DNA of 62,099 nucleotides, the filler included, from Squatina squatina (Eukaryota), in NCBI GenBank assembly GCA_031763465.1. It is 4 parts of 4 records of this genome, joined end to end, with 100 filler letters (N's around TTAATTAATTAA, not from the genome) between each part and the next. Parts side by side here need not be neighbours in the genome. Positions count along the whole stretch, not along the records: positions 44,220 to 62,099 come from JARFOE010000192.1; 3 more parts are not named here. One strand, given 5' to 3'. The notes under the pieces were generated by a model. That model had not been told where the DNA came from and did no database searches. It worked only from the letters and a program-made list of their open reading frames with translations. Both the position numbers and the translations under genes were made by a program. This document shows positions 49,135 to 62,099 of this stretch, piece after piece. How positions within the stretch are numbered: position 1 is the first letter of the stretch; the number at the start of each line of letters is the position of its first letter.

Positions 49135-49525
49135 TTAGCTTTGCAGTGTAATTACTGTTATTATGTATACAAATGACATGGCCAATTTTTGCACAGCAAG
49201 ATTCCACAAACAGCACTGCAGTAAATGACCAGCTAATCAGTTTTGCTGGCATTAGTTGAGGAATGAATGTTGTCCAGGACACCATAAGAACACACTCCTC
49301 TTTTTTGAATAGTCCCATGGAATCTTTAACATTCACCTGTACAGATGAATGGGGCCTCAGTTTTAACATTTTATTCTGATGGACAGCACCTCCAACAATG
49401 CAACACTCCATTAATACTGCACTAAAGGGTCAACCTAAAGATTATTGCTAAATCCTGGAATGGGATTTAAATGGACAACTTTCTGATTCAAAATCAAGCA
49501 TGCTATCAACTAAGTCAAACTAATA
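49135..49525 (-). mobile_element. Deu-domain SINE, diverged
   Basis: Reverse-complement match to 16884-17194 (GCACAGCAAGATTCCACAAACAGC, AATAGTCCCATGGAATCTTT, GGGGCCTCAGTTTTAACAT...TCTGA) plus 5' head sequence. Confidence 0.72.
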
Positions 49526-50338
49526 CTTTCTGTTATTGTGCAAAGAATATGAATATTAGGAAGAATATAGATACATGGGAGTCATTAAAGATGGTAATAG
49601 AGGGATTCAGGTGAGATTAACTGCAAGAGCAGAACATAAGCTATTTTTAACTACCATCTGATCCAAAAATTAATACCTGTAATATTTATTTTAGTTTTTG
49701 TCTTTGGACATTTTCTCTCTCAAAAATATTTCTCCCCATTCTCTTTTGGGTTCTGCCCTCTGTCACACAATATCCTTAGCCAAAATTGTTGGTGGAAAAG
49801 TTGATTCCTGGTCTTCATTAATCAGCACCAAGAAGCCAATCTGGAAATACTCAGAAACATATTTTTTCCTCTGGTGGAGTTTGGGGTGGTGGTGGTGGTG
49901 GTGGTAAGTGGGNNNNNNNNNNNNNNNNNNNNNNNNNNNNNNNNNNNNNNNNNNNNNNNNNNNNNNNNNNNNNNNNNNNNNNNNNNNNNNNNNNNNNNNN
50001 NNNNNNNNNNNNCTCCGGCTGCCATCTTTATTTTTCGGCCGACTTTGCAGTCAGCTGAAAAATGCCAGCCCTCGACTAGATCATGCCACATGTGCCAGGC
50101 TGGTGGCACAGTCAGGGTGAGAACAGGATCAGTTCAGCTGTGGCACTCCACATAGTTAACAAAGCCTGCTGACATTCACTGTAAATACTCACCCATGAAT
50201 AAAGGCCACTTGGACAAGGTGAGAGGAACCAGCACTGTGTAAACTGTACAAAGTCATTGACTTCAATCGAGGAGAGGAGGGAAGATAAAATTCCACGTCA
50301 GGTGCAATTTTGCCTGAACAATACTGACCTCAGGACTA

Positions 50339-50488
<150 letters not shown>

Positions 50489-51168
50489 CTATTAGAAAAA
50501 GAGAATCAGAGACTTCAAAAACACCATCAACTCAAATTGTGAAATATAGCTTCTGAAGCATTTCCCATTTATGGTTATATATACGCATACATTTACACGC
50601 CTCTGCTGAATCTCGATACAAAAAATGTTGTCTGTCTGAATTGGTGGGGATCTTGATATCTGCATCAGTTTGTGGCTATCTGACAGAAATATGCACGGAA
50701 TTAACTGCCAGAAGTGAATTGAATTGCAGTTCAGGATAATTTGTCCAATATATGAATTTTGACTAACAAACTTAAGCTTTGACCAACAAATTTAAAGCAC
50801 ATGTCCCTATAAAAGAAGTTCCAGATATAGACTTCTGGTGACCATTGGGTGTGCAGGTGAATAATGATACTTTCCCATTAGTTATATTAAAATCTATAGC
50901 CATTTTTGCAGAAATTGTTTGTTTTTGTTTTCCTCACTCGGTGGCCCAGGACTGTCAGTGATTCTTTGGGGGATATTTTGACCCCAAACAAAAAGGGTTN
51001 NNNNNNNNNNNNNNNNNNNNNNNNNNNNNNNNNNNNNNNNNNNNNNNNNNNNNNNNNNNNNNNNNNNNNNNNNNNNNNNNNNNNNNNNNNNNNNNNNNNA
51101 CATTTCCAACCCTAGCAACCCAGTGTTCTTATAGCACCATCAAGTGAGTGAAAGTTAAAACTACATAC

Positions 51169-51243
51169 TGGTTTGAGCTCTGTTACATCCCATTGAAGAT
51201 ATTCGGCAACATGCATCATCTGACTGATGATCTGGTCAAGTTC
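51169..51243 (-). CDS. DGKB: Diacylglycerol kinase beta, exon between the EF-hands
   Basis: 75 nt, cttctccag|...|gtatgt. [25 protein letters not shown] splices in frame to 50488. Confidence 0.94.
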
Positions 51244-51384
51244 CTGGAGAAGAAGAAAAGAACATTTTGATTAAAACAAATCAAACTAAGTTTCTATTTC
51301 TAGTGAATGTTTACCCTTTTGCAAATGCTTCAAGAGAAGTTTGTATTAACATTTGAATATTTTTGCACCTATATAATGGAGCTA

Positions 51385-51685
51385 TGAAGAAATATTAATG
51401 GACAGAAAACAGAGAGCAGGGATAAATGGGTCATTTTCAGGTTGGAAGGCTGTAACTAGTGGGGTGCCGCAAGGATCAGTGCTTGCGTCTCAGCTATTTA
51501 CAATCTACATTAATGACTTAGATAAAGGGACTGAGTGTATTCAAGTTTGTTGACGATGCAAAGCTAGTTGGGAAAGTAAGCTGTGACTACAAAGGGATTT
51601 AGAGAGGTTAAGTGAATGAGCAATAAGATGGCAGATGGAGTATAATGTGGGGAAATGTAAGGTTATTCTCTTTGGTAAGGAATAG
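51385..51685 (+). mobile_element. CR1 LINE ORF2 reverse transcriptase core fragment
   Basis: [42 protein letters not shown]...KFVDDAKL...RWQMEYNVGKCKV shows the GVPQG and (F)ADD-equivalent motifs, with frameshifts. Confidence 0.9.
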
Positions 51686-53368
51686 NNNNNNNNNNNNNNN
51701 NNNNNNNNNNNNNNNNNNNNNNNNNNNNNNNNNNNNNNNNNNNNNNNNNNNNNNNNNNNNNNNNNNNNNNNNNNNNNNNNNNNNNTGCAGCAACACTCAG
51801 TACTTACTATTAGTACTTCAATGTCATTACCATCCAGGGTCAATACACTGATTTCTGTGCATGCTCCATGCAAAACAGCAACATTCATCCACATTTGAAT
51901 ATAACAATCAGCACCAGTCCCAGCTCCACTAATGCTACCATTGCTCCAAGGGATGGAATTTTGCCATGGGTGGGCATTTTCATGAGTTGTAGCCCCAGGA
52001 GTACAAGCAGGTAGGAGCTGGGAGCAGATGCATGTGTTTCAAGTTCTAACAGTATATTGCTCAGTTCTTTAAAGCTTGTGGAATCAGCAATTAAACAGCT
52101 TGATAAAACATAGCAAAAACAGTGCCATAATGGAGTGAGTTATTTATCTTTTAATTTACCAACAGACAGACACTGCAACAAGTGCAACCCAGGAACACAG
52201 CAAGGAATTCAATGTGCTCCAAGGCAGCAATAATTAATACAGCCAGTTAGCAATTTAAACATTACAAAGATTATTTTTAGAGTGAGCTCAGCAGTCAGTT
52301 CATTTGGCAGATGAGCAACTATTGGATTTTGGGATGTTTCATAATTTCTAGTGCAGTGAGGCACAGATAGGTTACCTAAAGGCGGATTTGTAGTTTTCAG
52401 AGGTAGGGAAAGCCATTCTTTTCTCACTCCATTCTGTCTAAAATAAATCTCATACACAAAGCATTTGGACCCAACATCCAGGCTTGCACTTCAAAATCAC
52501 GGACGGACTGAGACGTACGCACGGAGCTGAGAGTATCTGCTTAACGGAGTGGCTTGTTATACAGAGTGTCAACAGGAAATTGGTGAGAGTGGGAATTTGG
52601 TGAAGGGGAAAGGAGGNNNNNNNNNNNNNNNNNNNNNNNNNNNNNNNNNNNNNNNNNNNNNNNNNNNNNNNNNNNNNNNNNNNNNNNNNNNNNNNNNNNN
52701 NNNNNNNNNNNNNNNNAATAATTTGACACTATTTGTTTTCGGTTCTAGATCGGCGTGCGATATGAGCAATGTTCTTGTTTTCATGGATGAATTGGAAGAA
52801 CAAGCTCAAAATGTGGTCCTTCGCGATTTAACAGTCATCCTGGACTTAACAGCCTGGGACCAACGGTGCATTGATTTGGTCCTAGCGCAAAGCCCATGAC
52901 GCGAAGTCGAAGGATGAGAGTCATGAGCAACATTCACCAGGAGCAGGTAGGTGCTCCGGGCTGAGAAATCGGATCCAAATAAGGTTCTGTTTGAAATTCA
53001 GCCCCGAGCAAAAGTAACTAGAGTGATTTCATTTGCAATGCAAAAAAAAACAGTTTATTCATCAGCTTAATAAAGGAAAAGGGGCAGCGCTTAATTTAAT
53101 TTAAAAAGGCACTAATATACGACAACATTAGTCGTATCCCTATGAAATACAACGGTTATAATGTTGCAACATCACAAATATAACAAGCGTAGACATTAAC
53201 TAACACTTGCGTGTTTAAGACACAGCTCCCATTACCCTCCTGTTGTGCGCTGTTAATCCTTTCTTTAAACACAACCTATTGCTGTACAATAAACCTGCGG
53301 CGCGTTAATTCAGCGTGAGCATCTGAAACAGCAGCATTATCAGGCTTGGCGAATTCTTGCATACTTAC

Positions 53369-53438
53369 ACTGGGCGTACTTCTGTAGCTGGGAGAATTCT
53401 GCAGGGCTCAGGGTGATCCACTTTTCCTGGTTAGTCAT
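53369..53438 (-). CDS. DGKB: Diacylglycerol kinase beta, first coding exon (whole exon probably 53645-53369)
   Basis: accaccATG context. [23 protein letters not shown] + 1 nt |gtaagt (human DGKB begins [23 protein letters not shown], unlike DGKA and DGKG). Upstream acceptor tctatttccag| at 53646. Confidence 0.93.
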
Positions 53439-53974
53439 GGTGGTCCTCACACTCATTTCTTTGACATCCCAGATTCGCGTCTGGACGAACTAATCGCTCC
53501 TCGTTGGGATTCCTTCTCCACAGTACCCACTTTAGGCTTCAGCGGATTTCATTTGTTGAGTGCAACAGGGATGGTGACTGCACGGAGAGGTGGCGAGAGC
53601 CGGTCTGCAGGAAGAAGCGCCTCCGGCTTGAGCTGCTGCAAATATCTGGAAATAGACAAAAGCAAGAGGCAGTGATGTATTTGCTCATTAGATCAGAACT
53701 TGTTTCAGCAGTAAGCACGAAACCGCGGTAAACATGTACATGTGGTGAATCCAACCCGTTTTAATGCAGCATTTACTACAGCTTTAATTTACAAACACAC
53801 AAACATTACGAGCTATTTTGCTTTTTAATGTGTTTCAATATATAACCATATCGGTTACTTTAAGCCAGCTCCCAAAAATGGAACAAAATGATAACTTGTA
53901 CAGTTTGAATGTAATTTCCTACAAGTACATTCTGCCTGTACAACCATGGGAGTGCCTAGCCTTGGAGGCGAATA

Positions 53975-54700
53975 TTGAGCCCGATTCTGTGGCGGTAACG
54001 ATGGCGAAATTGTCAGCGTTCGCCGTCATTACCCCTCTGAAACTGACCGTAACTTAAGGATTTAGCGCACATGCAGATAAACGCACAATTCTTGTAGTTG
54101 CGGTCAGTCATTCACTGCTCCACCGCAGGCTGTGCTGTGGAACTCCCCATAGCCGCCAATCAGTTGAACTGACAATTAAAGCTTTTCCGATCCAATATCA
54201 CTGTTAAATACCTCGTAAAAAGTTACGCCTTATTGGAATAGGTGTAACTGGGGTTTTAACGGTGTATTTGACTGCTGAACAACAGTTCTGGCCCTGAAAA
54301 ACTCATTTTATATTTGTGGAATGTCAACTTTCTCCCTTATGATTAAAAATTACCAGATTTTTTTTATAGTTTATGATATTTCAGCTTTTATTTTAACCCC
54401 ATGTATATATCCCAATCTTTATTTCACTCTCTATAAAATTTTTAAAAAGTGAATTGATAATCAGTGCATTTTATTTCCTGGTTTGCTGTCTGAGAATTCT
54501 TCAATTTGATTGGTTGCTTAGACAGCTTGATGATGTCACTGCTGCTCTCTGCTAGGGTTCTTCCTTTGACAGCGCTACAGTCAAAATTAAGGTGAGGAGA
54601 CTAAAGTTTTGCCACAGGGATCACAAGATCTTTGTGGGCAGCTTCCTTGGAGGTCAGCGGCAATCGTTATCGCTTCGGCATTGACCACAATTTTGGGCCA
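53975..54700. mobile_element. Possible non-autonomous DNA transposon (MITE-like, Harbinger-type ends)
   Basis: CpG-richer ends with imperfect inverted termini GCCCGATTCTGTGG ... CCACAATTTTGGGC around a non-coding interior. Confidence 0.4.
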
Positions 54701-54962
54701 ATAACTCAGTCTTTTTGATCTATTTTCTTCACCAGTTTCTGTTATTTATTATTCAAGGCAGTTTTTTTTAAAAAGACTCAGTCCTTGGAATGACATGTTC
54801 CAAAGACTCCAACGCACTGCTGAAGCAGATGCTGTATCTTTGCAGTCTGAACTTTTTTCCCANNNNNNNNNNNNNNNNNNNNNNNNNNNNNNNNNNNNNN
54901 NNNNNNNNNNNNNNNNNNNNNNNNNNNNNNNNNNNNNNNNNNNNNNNNNNNNNNNNNNNNNN

Positions 54963-55680
54963 AATTTCTATGATTCTATGAAATTTTAGTAGGAAGTATG
55001 AGAGGCACTATAAAGTGAATGATACAACTTCAAAGGGGGTGCCAGAACAGACCTGGCGATGTATGTACACAAATATTTGGAAGTGACAGGGCAAGTTGAT
55101 ACGGCTGTTTTTTAAAAAAAACATTTAGGTTCCTTGGGTTTACTAATAGGCATAAGAGTACAAAAGCAAGGAAATTATGCACAACATTTATAAATCACTG
55201 GTTAGGCCTCAGCTGAAGTATTGCATTCAATTCTGGGCACTTCAATTTAGGAAGGGTGTCAAGGCCTTGGAGAGAGGGTGCAGAACAGATTTGCTGGAAT
55301 GGTACCAGAAATTAGGGACTTAAGTTACATGGGGAGACTGGAGAAGTTGTGTTATTCTCCTTGGAGCAGAGAAGGTTTAGAGGAAATTTGGTAGTTGTTC
55401 AGAATCATGAATGGTTTTGATGGAGTAAGCAGAGAGGAACTATTTCCAGTGGAAGAAGGATTGGTAATTTGAGGATGTAGATTTAAGGCGATTAGCGAAG
55501 AAAGAAAAATGACACGAGGAAACCGGTTTTACTCAACTAGTAGCTGTGATCTGAAAACCACTGCCTGAAAGGGTGATGGAAGCAGATTCAATAGTAACAT
55601 TCAAAAGGGAAGTGGCTAAATATTTGAAGGGGAAAAAATTGCAGGGCTTTGGGGAAAGGTTAGGAGAGTGGGCAAGCTAT
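54963..55680 (+). mobile_element. CR1 LINE ORF2 3' portion, degraded
   Basis: ...YKSLVRPQLKYCIQFWA...KALER...SYMGRLEKL...SLEQRRFRG motifs, then CTGCCTGAAAGGGTGATGGAAGCAGATTCAA. Preceded by a younger CR1 tail (TTTCTATGATTCTATG). Confidence 0.85.
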
Positions 55681-58245
55681 TTTCTTTCCTGATGGTTTAT
55701 AATTATGACTGGTTCAATATGGACATGAGTAAAAAAAAAGAACTATGTTGTGCTGTTTCTGCTCAGTATTTTACAAGGAATTGTCACTCAATGCATTTAG
55801 AAATTTTGATATGGATGTTGGGAATTGTGCACATTTATTCCTCACATTGATTAATGAAATCTCCATTTTTGTTCTAACTGATGCAAATATAAATTCTTAG
55901 CTGCCTTTTTTGATGGAGGGAGTCAGCTATGCAGTGAAATAAAAAGATTCAAATCTGCTTTAAAGCAGCAAGGTTTAGCATTCCTCTAACTGCTCTTTCT
56001 GTTTCTGATTCAGTTTTCCTTGAACTGTACCCGAATGTGGTACTGAATCCCATTCTATTGATTATGCAAGTGTGCTCATGAATTAAGTTAAGGACATGGC
56101 AAATATGATAGCATTGCTTTTAGAGAAAAACCTGATATGAAAACCAGAAACCATTACTTATGCCTCCGACCAAAGCAGATTGAAAAAATCTGTTGTCTTT
56201 CAAATGTTTCTTACTTTTAGTGGAATATACTGAACCAGGACTGTGGTAGAAAAATGCCAGCAGCTTTCAAAAGAGACAAAGGACAAAACAATCATACTTC
56301 TTGTTGGGCGACAGCCTATTTATGGAAGCTTAATCTTTTAAATAAAGAAAAATAGAATCAAGTAACAGGCCAGCAGAAAGTAGCTTGTGTAACCCACAAA
56401 ATTAAAACACTTTTGGTTACAAAAGTTAAGACGTGTTATGGAAGCATTTCTGTAAATTATGTATATTCTTCAGAAGCAACTTATTCAGTTAATTGTCTGT
56501 AATAACAGACAAGTACAGGACGTCACTTCTGTCACTTAATGAAACCAGATTCAAAAACATAATTGCAGCTGAATTCGATTTGTAAGTCATTAACCATGAG
56601 AGGGAGCGCACTGCTTTGATTGTGATAGTTTCTATATTACACCAGTGAAAGAAAGCATCTCTGATTATCTCCAACATCTTCAGTACTTTTACATTCCAAT
56701 GACGTGTCAGCTTATTTAGAATATATTCCAAAATGTTATTTGTGTTGCATTAAAATGTATAAATAGACTTTTTTTAGATTCTTAACTATAAATGGACAGA
56801 ATGACATAGTTTCAGAAGCAAAATGCAATTGCATTAAAACACGTGCAGGGAAAAAATAATTAAGGCTTTTATTACAGAACAAGAAAAAATAATGTGGTTA
56901 CTCCTCTTGACAAAAATAATACCTCAGGCCAGGGGATGAACCAGTTGATATGCATTCTTTAAAATGGATGGAACTCCTATGCATTCACACTCAGGGGTTG
57001 ATTTTATATTGTGCATGTCAGATGGGTTGTGGGCTGTGTGTGTCTGATGGCATTGGCAAGAGGCCTGATGAATCTTCGTGGCCAGGCCTCATTTGAATGA
57101 AATTGGTGAGCTGCCAGCACTGATTGCACTTATGGGACTGAACGATCTACTCCTGTTCCGATAGGCAGTTCATTGTTTGGAAGTGGGGGATATCTGCTGG
57201 GATGGCTTCTATTTAAAGGCCGCTTGGAGTCCCTTAAAGGGAATGTGCACTTTTCAAAGATAGGTGCTGGAGTGCAAGTTACTGAAGGAGTAGGCAGACT
57301 GATTATTGCCTGGAATGNNNNNNNNNNNNNNNNNNNNNNNNNNNNNNNNNNNNNNNNNNNNNNNNNNNNNNNNNNNNNNNNNNNNNNNNNNNNNNNNNNN
57401 NNNNNNNNNNNNNNNNNAACGCCTCTGTTGTGATTTAGCACTCAGCCTAGGTGAAACTATTCAACCGCACTCCTGGTTTGTGCACTCTCCTTTCTACTAT
57501 ACGATGAGCCGAATGTAATTTGGTTTTACCATAAATTAATTAATGTCACTGTGAATGCAGTATGGCAGGCAAAAGACTCTAATTTGCTGCTGCAGCCCTT
57601 TAAATGTTACTTATCTGGCTGCAAGCTCCCAAACGTGAAGCAGCTCACCTTTCACAGTAAAGTATTCTACAGATACAAATAACTAAAAAACGATCAGGAT
57701 AGGGATAGGGCCACTAAGGGATGCACAAGATAAACTTGCAGGCAAAGACAGCAAAATGGCAGAAATATTGATTCATTACTTTGCCTCGGTATTTACCAGG
57801 GAGACTAGCCAAGTGGGTATGACATTAGAAGAGATCAAAAAAGATGAAGACATTTCAGATCATGTTAATATACATGTATCTCTGATTTTGTTACCTAAAG
57901 CATCCAAAGGCAGTCTTCAAATAATGGCTACTTGAGACATTGACTAACATAATTAAACTGTACGGACGATGATTCAAACTGTGAGCAAAATCCAGCATCA
58001 TAATCCCAAAATGGTGTTGCCTTTGAGATGTTAATACGATACTCCTAGCAATGTGTCAATTTAATACCATAATATATCTAACCTTCCACTAGATTTCTCC
58101 ATGGAGTTCTGGCATTTGACAGATGGTAGATATGATACAATACAAGATTCGTGACCAATCTTACTCGATGTCAGCTGCCAAGAATGAACATTTAAAAGAA
58201 AGCCGTGTTGTGGAATTAGATAACTGATTTCTTTCAAATGTCCAT

Positions 58246-58329
58246 TGAGATGCTTGGCTACATTGAAAAAGATATCAGTGTTGTGAAATTACGTAACTGA
58301 TATATTTTCCAATGTAGCCAAGCATCTCA
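58246..58329. repeat. Near-perfect inverted repeat (34-bp arms, 16-nt loop); pre-miRNA-sized hairpin
   Basis: 58246-58279 TGAGATGCTTGGCTACATTGAAAAAGATATCAGT versus 58296-58329 ACTGATATATTTTCCAATGTAGCCAAGCATCTCA: 32 of 34 positions complementary. Confidence 0.92.
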
Positions 58330-59057
58330 TATTTATCGACTCTGCATTATTTTATTTTGTTGCTTCTGTGTATTTGTAGAAGATTAGAGCATTGGAAGAA
58401 TTAAACACTTCATTTAAATAAAAGGAGTGCTTAGAATTTCTTTATATTAATGTCAATATTCCTTCGTAAGGAGCCAAGACCAGGACTGTAACTATACCTT
58501 GTAGTTTGTACATATTATAGTTTTTTCATAATTTTGATTATTGAGCTATATTTGTATTTTTACATGTTTTATCTATAAGATAATTCAGCATGGATAATCA
58601 TTTTCAAATTTGTTGGATAAAAGAATATATTTTATCCCTTTAATATTACACTTCGATTGTGGCTTTGGATAAAACATCCATTACATGTTGATAGCTACCT
58701 CATTATTACAGAAAAAAAATTGATCCTTTTAGGTAGAAAGTGCAATTCTTTCATGTCTGGATCTAGTTTTGTATTCAGCATAGACTATGAGATAAAATCA
58801 ATTTCCAGAAAGGGGACTAAACAATCTTATCTAGTCCTAAAGGGTTGTGTACTAACAATGTAAACCTGCTCATAATTTGGTACAAAGTTAACAATCTTAC
58901 TTGGAGACACTATAGTGTAAGTCGCACACACTCCTGCACAACCTGGAGTCTTCCTGTNNNNNNNNNNNNNNNNNNNNNNNNNNNNNNNNNNNNNNNNNNN
59001 NNNNNNNNNNNNNNNNNNNNNNNNNNNNNNNNNNNNNNNNNNNNNNNNNNNNNNNNN

Positions 59058-59132
59058 TGACCTGCTGAGTTTTTCCAGCAATTTTTGTTTGTATTCTAGA
59101 TTCCAGCATCTGCAGTATTTCGCTTTTGTATT
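59058..59132 (+). mobile_element. Repeat 3' terminus, probably Penelope-like
   Basis: TGACCTGCTGAGTTTTTCCAGCAATTTTTG...ATTCCAGCATCTGCAGTATTTCGCTTTTGTATT. An inverted copy is at 18473-18546. Confidence 0.55.
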
Positions 59133-60494
59133 ACCAGGCAGTATAATGTTCAGTACTGTACAGGGCATCTGACATCAGCATCGACAGTTTGAACGTTTTA
59201 ATCAGGTATGTAGTAATGAAGATGGGTTTTATAAATCATTCTGCCATAATGGTCAAATCTGAATCCCCTGCAAACTGAAAATAACCTATAACAGACAGAC
59301 AGCAGGGCCCCGAACACTTAACAAAATAAAATGTAATTATATTAACATTCTGGTACAAAATCTGCCATTTCAAATTTATCCTAATGAACTGGACGAGATT
59401 GAGAAATTTCATTTCAAGCAAATCTACAATATTTCTGATTGTGGGCTCAATCTTTCAAACTGGGGATTTGTTAAACGTGGCTGGGAATTTTTTGACCAGT
59501 CACGGGTGGATTTAAGCAAGGCTTGCGATTCAGAATCACGACGCACAACTTAGATTTAAAGTCAGTATTACACAGTAGTAACCTGAAATTTCTGGGGCTG
59601 GATGGCCTACTCCTGCTCCTATTTCTTATGTCCAAGACAGAAATTAAAGGTAACAATCCATTTAAAATGTTGATGCATTTCAATATCATAGCTTGACCAC
59701 AGACAACATTCATCTAAACCATGTGCCGAAATCTACTTGATTGGGGCGGGGTGGAAGAGAGAAGGAGTTAGCCATCATTTCTCAAGCATTCAGACAGCAA
59801 AAAATGAAAGCCTAGCAAAGCAGTGTTAAAAAAAACTTTCGAAAAGATGCTGCTCGAGTAATAAACTGGTAAAGAGGTATGCTGGAGCTCCAAGATGACT
59901 CACTCATGGAACAGCATTTCCTCTGGAAGCCACAGCTGTTTTCCTGAGAGAATGCAGATGCCTCAAAGTTTCTCTGCTTTTTGCTTTTTGACTACCTGTT
60001 CTGGTTGCAGGCCCTATAGGGATGCGGGAGGAAGGGAAATAGCAGGCACCCAACTGTTTCAATAAGGTAGCAGCAATCCTGCACAGATCACAGGACATGC
60101 TGAAGGAATGCCCAACAACTAAAGAATGGCAGGAGTAGGCTCAGATGAGGGATCCTTCACTCGGGGTGAGAGGCTTCCATGCTACTCAACATCCTATTCA
60201 AATGACACATGCAATGCCAAAAGCAAGCAGACCCACGCAGCTACCACAGTGGAAGTTGTGGCNNNNNNNNNNNNNNNNNNNNNNNNNNNNNNNNNNNNNN
60301 NNNNNNNNNNNNNNNNNNNNNNNNNNNNNNNNNNNNNNNNNNNNNNNNNNNNNNNNNNNNNNAGTGTCTTAGGAATCATTCGTGTGAGACTTGAATTATG
60401 AACTGTTCTACAGCAGGATGCATGGACCTTCATGAATTTTGCCGAACGGTAAAGGTGCACACACCTCTCATGCTGCCGTAGATTAAGTAATGGG

Positions 60495-60632
60495 ATGATA
60501 TCCCCCGTGACACTTTGGAATGATCCAAAGACATAGCGGTTAATGGCTGTTGGAGCATTTATAGTTCCTGCCAATGCTGTGCCTGTGGACAAATCTGACT
60601 GCAGATCACTTTACAGCATGTGACACAATTTA
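60495..60632 (-). mobile_element. HARBI1-like Harbinger transposase N-terminal remnant
   Basis: LCHML*SDL.../...TGTALAGTINAPTAINRYVFGSFQSVTGDI resembles the HARBI1 motif LC..L..DL...ALP..V..AL.F.ASGSFQ...GD. Confidence 0.55.
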
Positions 60633-62099
60633 ATTACAATTGCTGTAACCCAAGTATTAGGGGTTTTCTATTGTGGTACAACTAACGTTGGGATTAAAAT
60701 GGTCTTGCTTCAACAATTGCCACAAATGCACCTGACCATCTAAGTGAAAACAAGAACACAAAAAGAGAACAAAAAAGTTAACTTATTCAGTGCAAATTCT
60801 CCTTGCAGTTCAGGCTCTTTAAAACTATTTGCATCAACAGCTCAGTCACTGGCATCCACAGACAGCCATATTGATGAAACTAGATTATTTGGTGGGAACA
60901 CCAGAAAAATGTCTGAAAGACATCAAGATATCATTGGGGCCTAACTAACATATGTAAAGTATCAAACCGGTGGGTGCCACCAGTGTCAAGAAGGAAATGC
61001 CATTGAAAATTTGCGTGGGGCACTAAATGGATGGACTAAGTATGGTATTCTTCACAGCAATTATGTGCCTATTTTTTGGAAAATGTAGTCTCCATCACAT
61101 TCTGTAATTTCTTCAGTTTCTGTAGCNNNNNNNNNNTTCTCATAAATACCCAGATATTTGGAATAAAGATCAAAGTAGCTGATCGCAGCACTGGAGAAAC
61201 CTGCAGCCATCTGTTTTACAAGGTCATAAAAATTAAACTGTAGCCTGTAAACTTAATTTGTAAAGAAACCACATGGAACTTTGTGCAACATTGCATTTGT
61301 TAATAGTTAGAATCAGTTAGGTTCGATTTTTTTTTTAGATTTGGGCCTGGGTAACAGGGCTGTCATCCTGGAGAACCGTCAGCATTGGTTAACACCTAAA
61401 TTAATAAAAGTCAGTTCAAAAAAAACATCTGTTTCAAAAACATTCAACTTCTAATTACTGCTTGTAATGATAGCAATAAATAACATAAAATTCTACAAAA
61501 GGAATTTTGAAATGGTAAAACAAAAGAAAATGCACTCTAACAAAAAAAGCTTAAAGATCACTTACAATCGCCATGGTACAAGATCTTGTAAAACCCGTCA
61601 ACATTCGTTCACAAAGGATTCAAATGAACTATTTTATCATTGCTGATTTAAAGTAAAGTCACAATCAGAACTGAAAAATTAAATTGCAAAAAGGTTCACG
61701 ATACATGAAATATTGGCCTCGATAACCCGGAAATGCCAGGAAGGCGGAGATGCGGCCGAATTTAATGGCAGGATCTCATTAGAATTTTTTTATTCCGTTT
61801 TCCACCCGGCAGCCAGCCAGATTGATTGGCTGACCGGCTGTCAGGTGGGAAAGCCAGTGCTATAAGGCAGCAGCTTGGGATGGTCCTCGACAATTCAGAA
61901 GATTGGAGGTCGATATAGTGGGGTGGGGCTCGGAGCACGGCAAAGAGAGAGGGAGTGATCGCATTGGGGGGAGGGAAGAGATTGCGGGGAGGGATCGCGG
62001 TTAGGGTGGGCAGAGAGATTGTGGGAGGCAGGGAGTTTATGATGGGGGATGGTGGGGGGGGGAGCATATCGACTCATTTTCATTTCATTTAAATAGTAC

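Noticed and set aside
61560-61620. ccATGGCGATT|gtaagt on the minus strand as an upstream DGKB exon
   Set aside because: Only a donor-like hexamer and an ATG, with no supporting homology or promoter evidence; too weak to call.

Overview
Eukaryotic, gap-rich draft genomic DNA. It is almost certainly from a cartilaginous fish (shark or ray), judged from the repeat families recognised from memory: CR1 LINEs with (TTCTATG)n-type tails, Deu-domain SINEs, PIF/Harbinger relics and characteristic minisatellites. The window is not one locus. Three identical artificial spacers (44N-TTAATTAATTAA-44N) join four scaffolds: 1-16394, 16495-30252, 30353-44119 and 44220-62099. Most internal 100-N gaps are of nominal size. 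Well-supported genic content is five coding exons of diacylglycerol kinase beta (DGKB, minus strand, 48272-53438), one phase-1/1 Ig C2-set exon (15671-15964, minus; VSIG4/FCRL/PECAM-like), a SINE-interrupted cyclophilin A processed pseudogene (16605-17313) and a CpG-island promoter (about 35360-35925). The rest is transposon relics and tandem or simple repeats. The long ORFs in the ORF track are artefacts of gaps and low-complexity DNA. I found no convincing new multi-gene system. The best leads are an 84-nt near-perfect hairpin upstream of the DGKB start exon, a two-exon orphan ORF with in-phase splice signals, the VSIG4-like Ig exon, a promoter built from tandem CRE+GC-box modules, and a minisatellite amplified from inside a SINE. 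All family assignments are from memory; no database search was run, and repeat boundaries are approximate.
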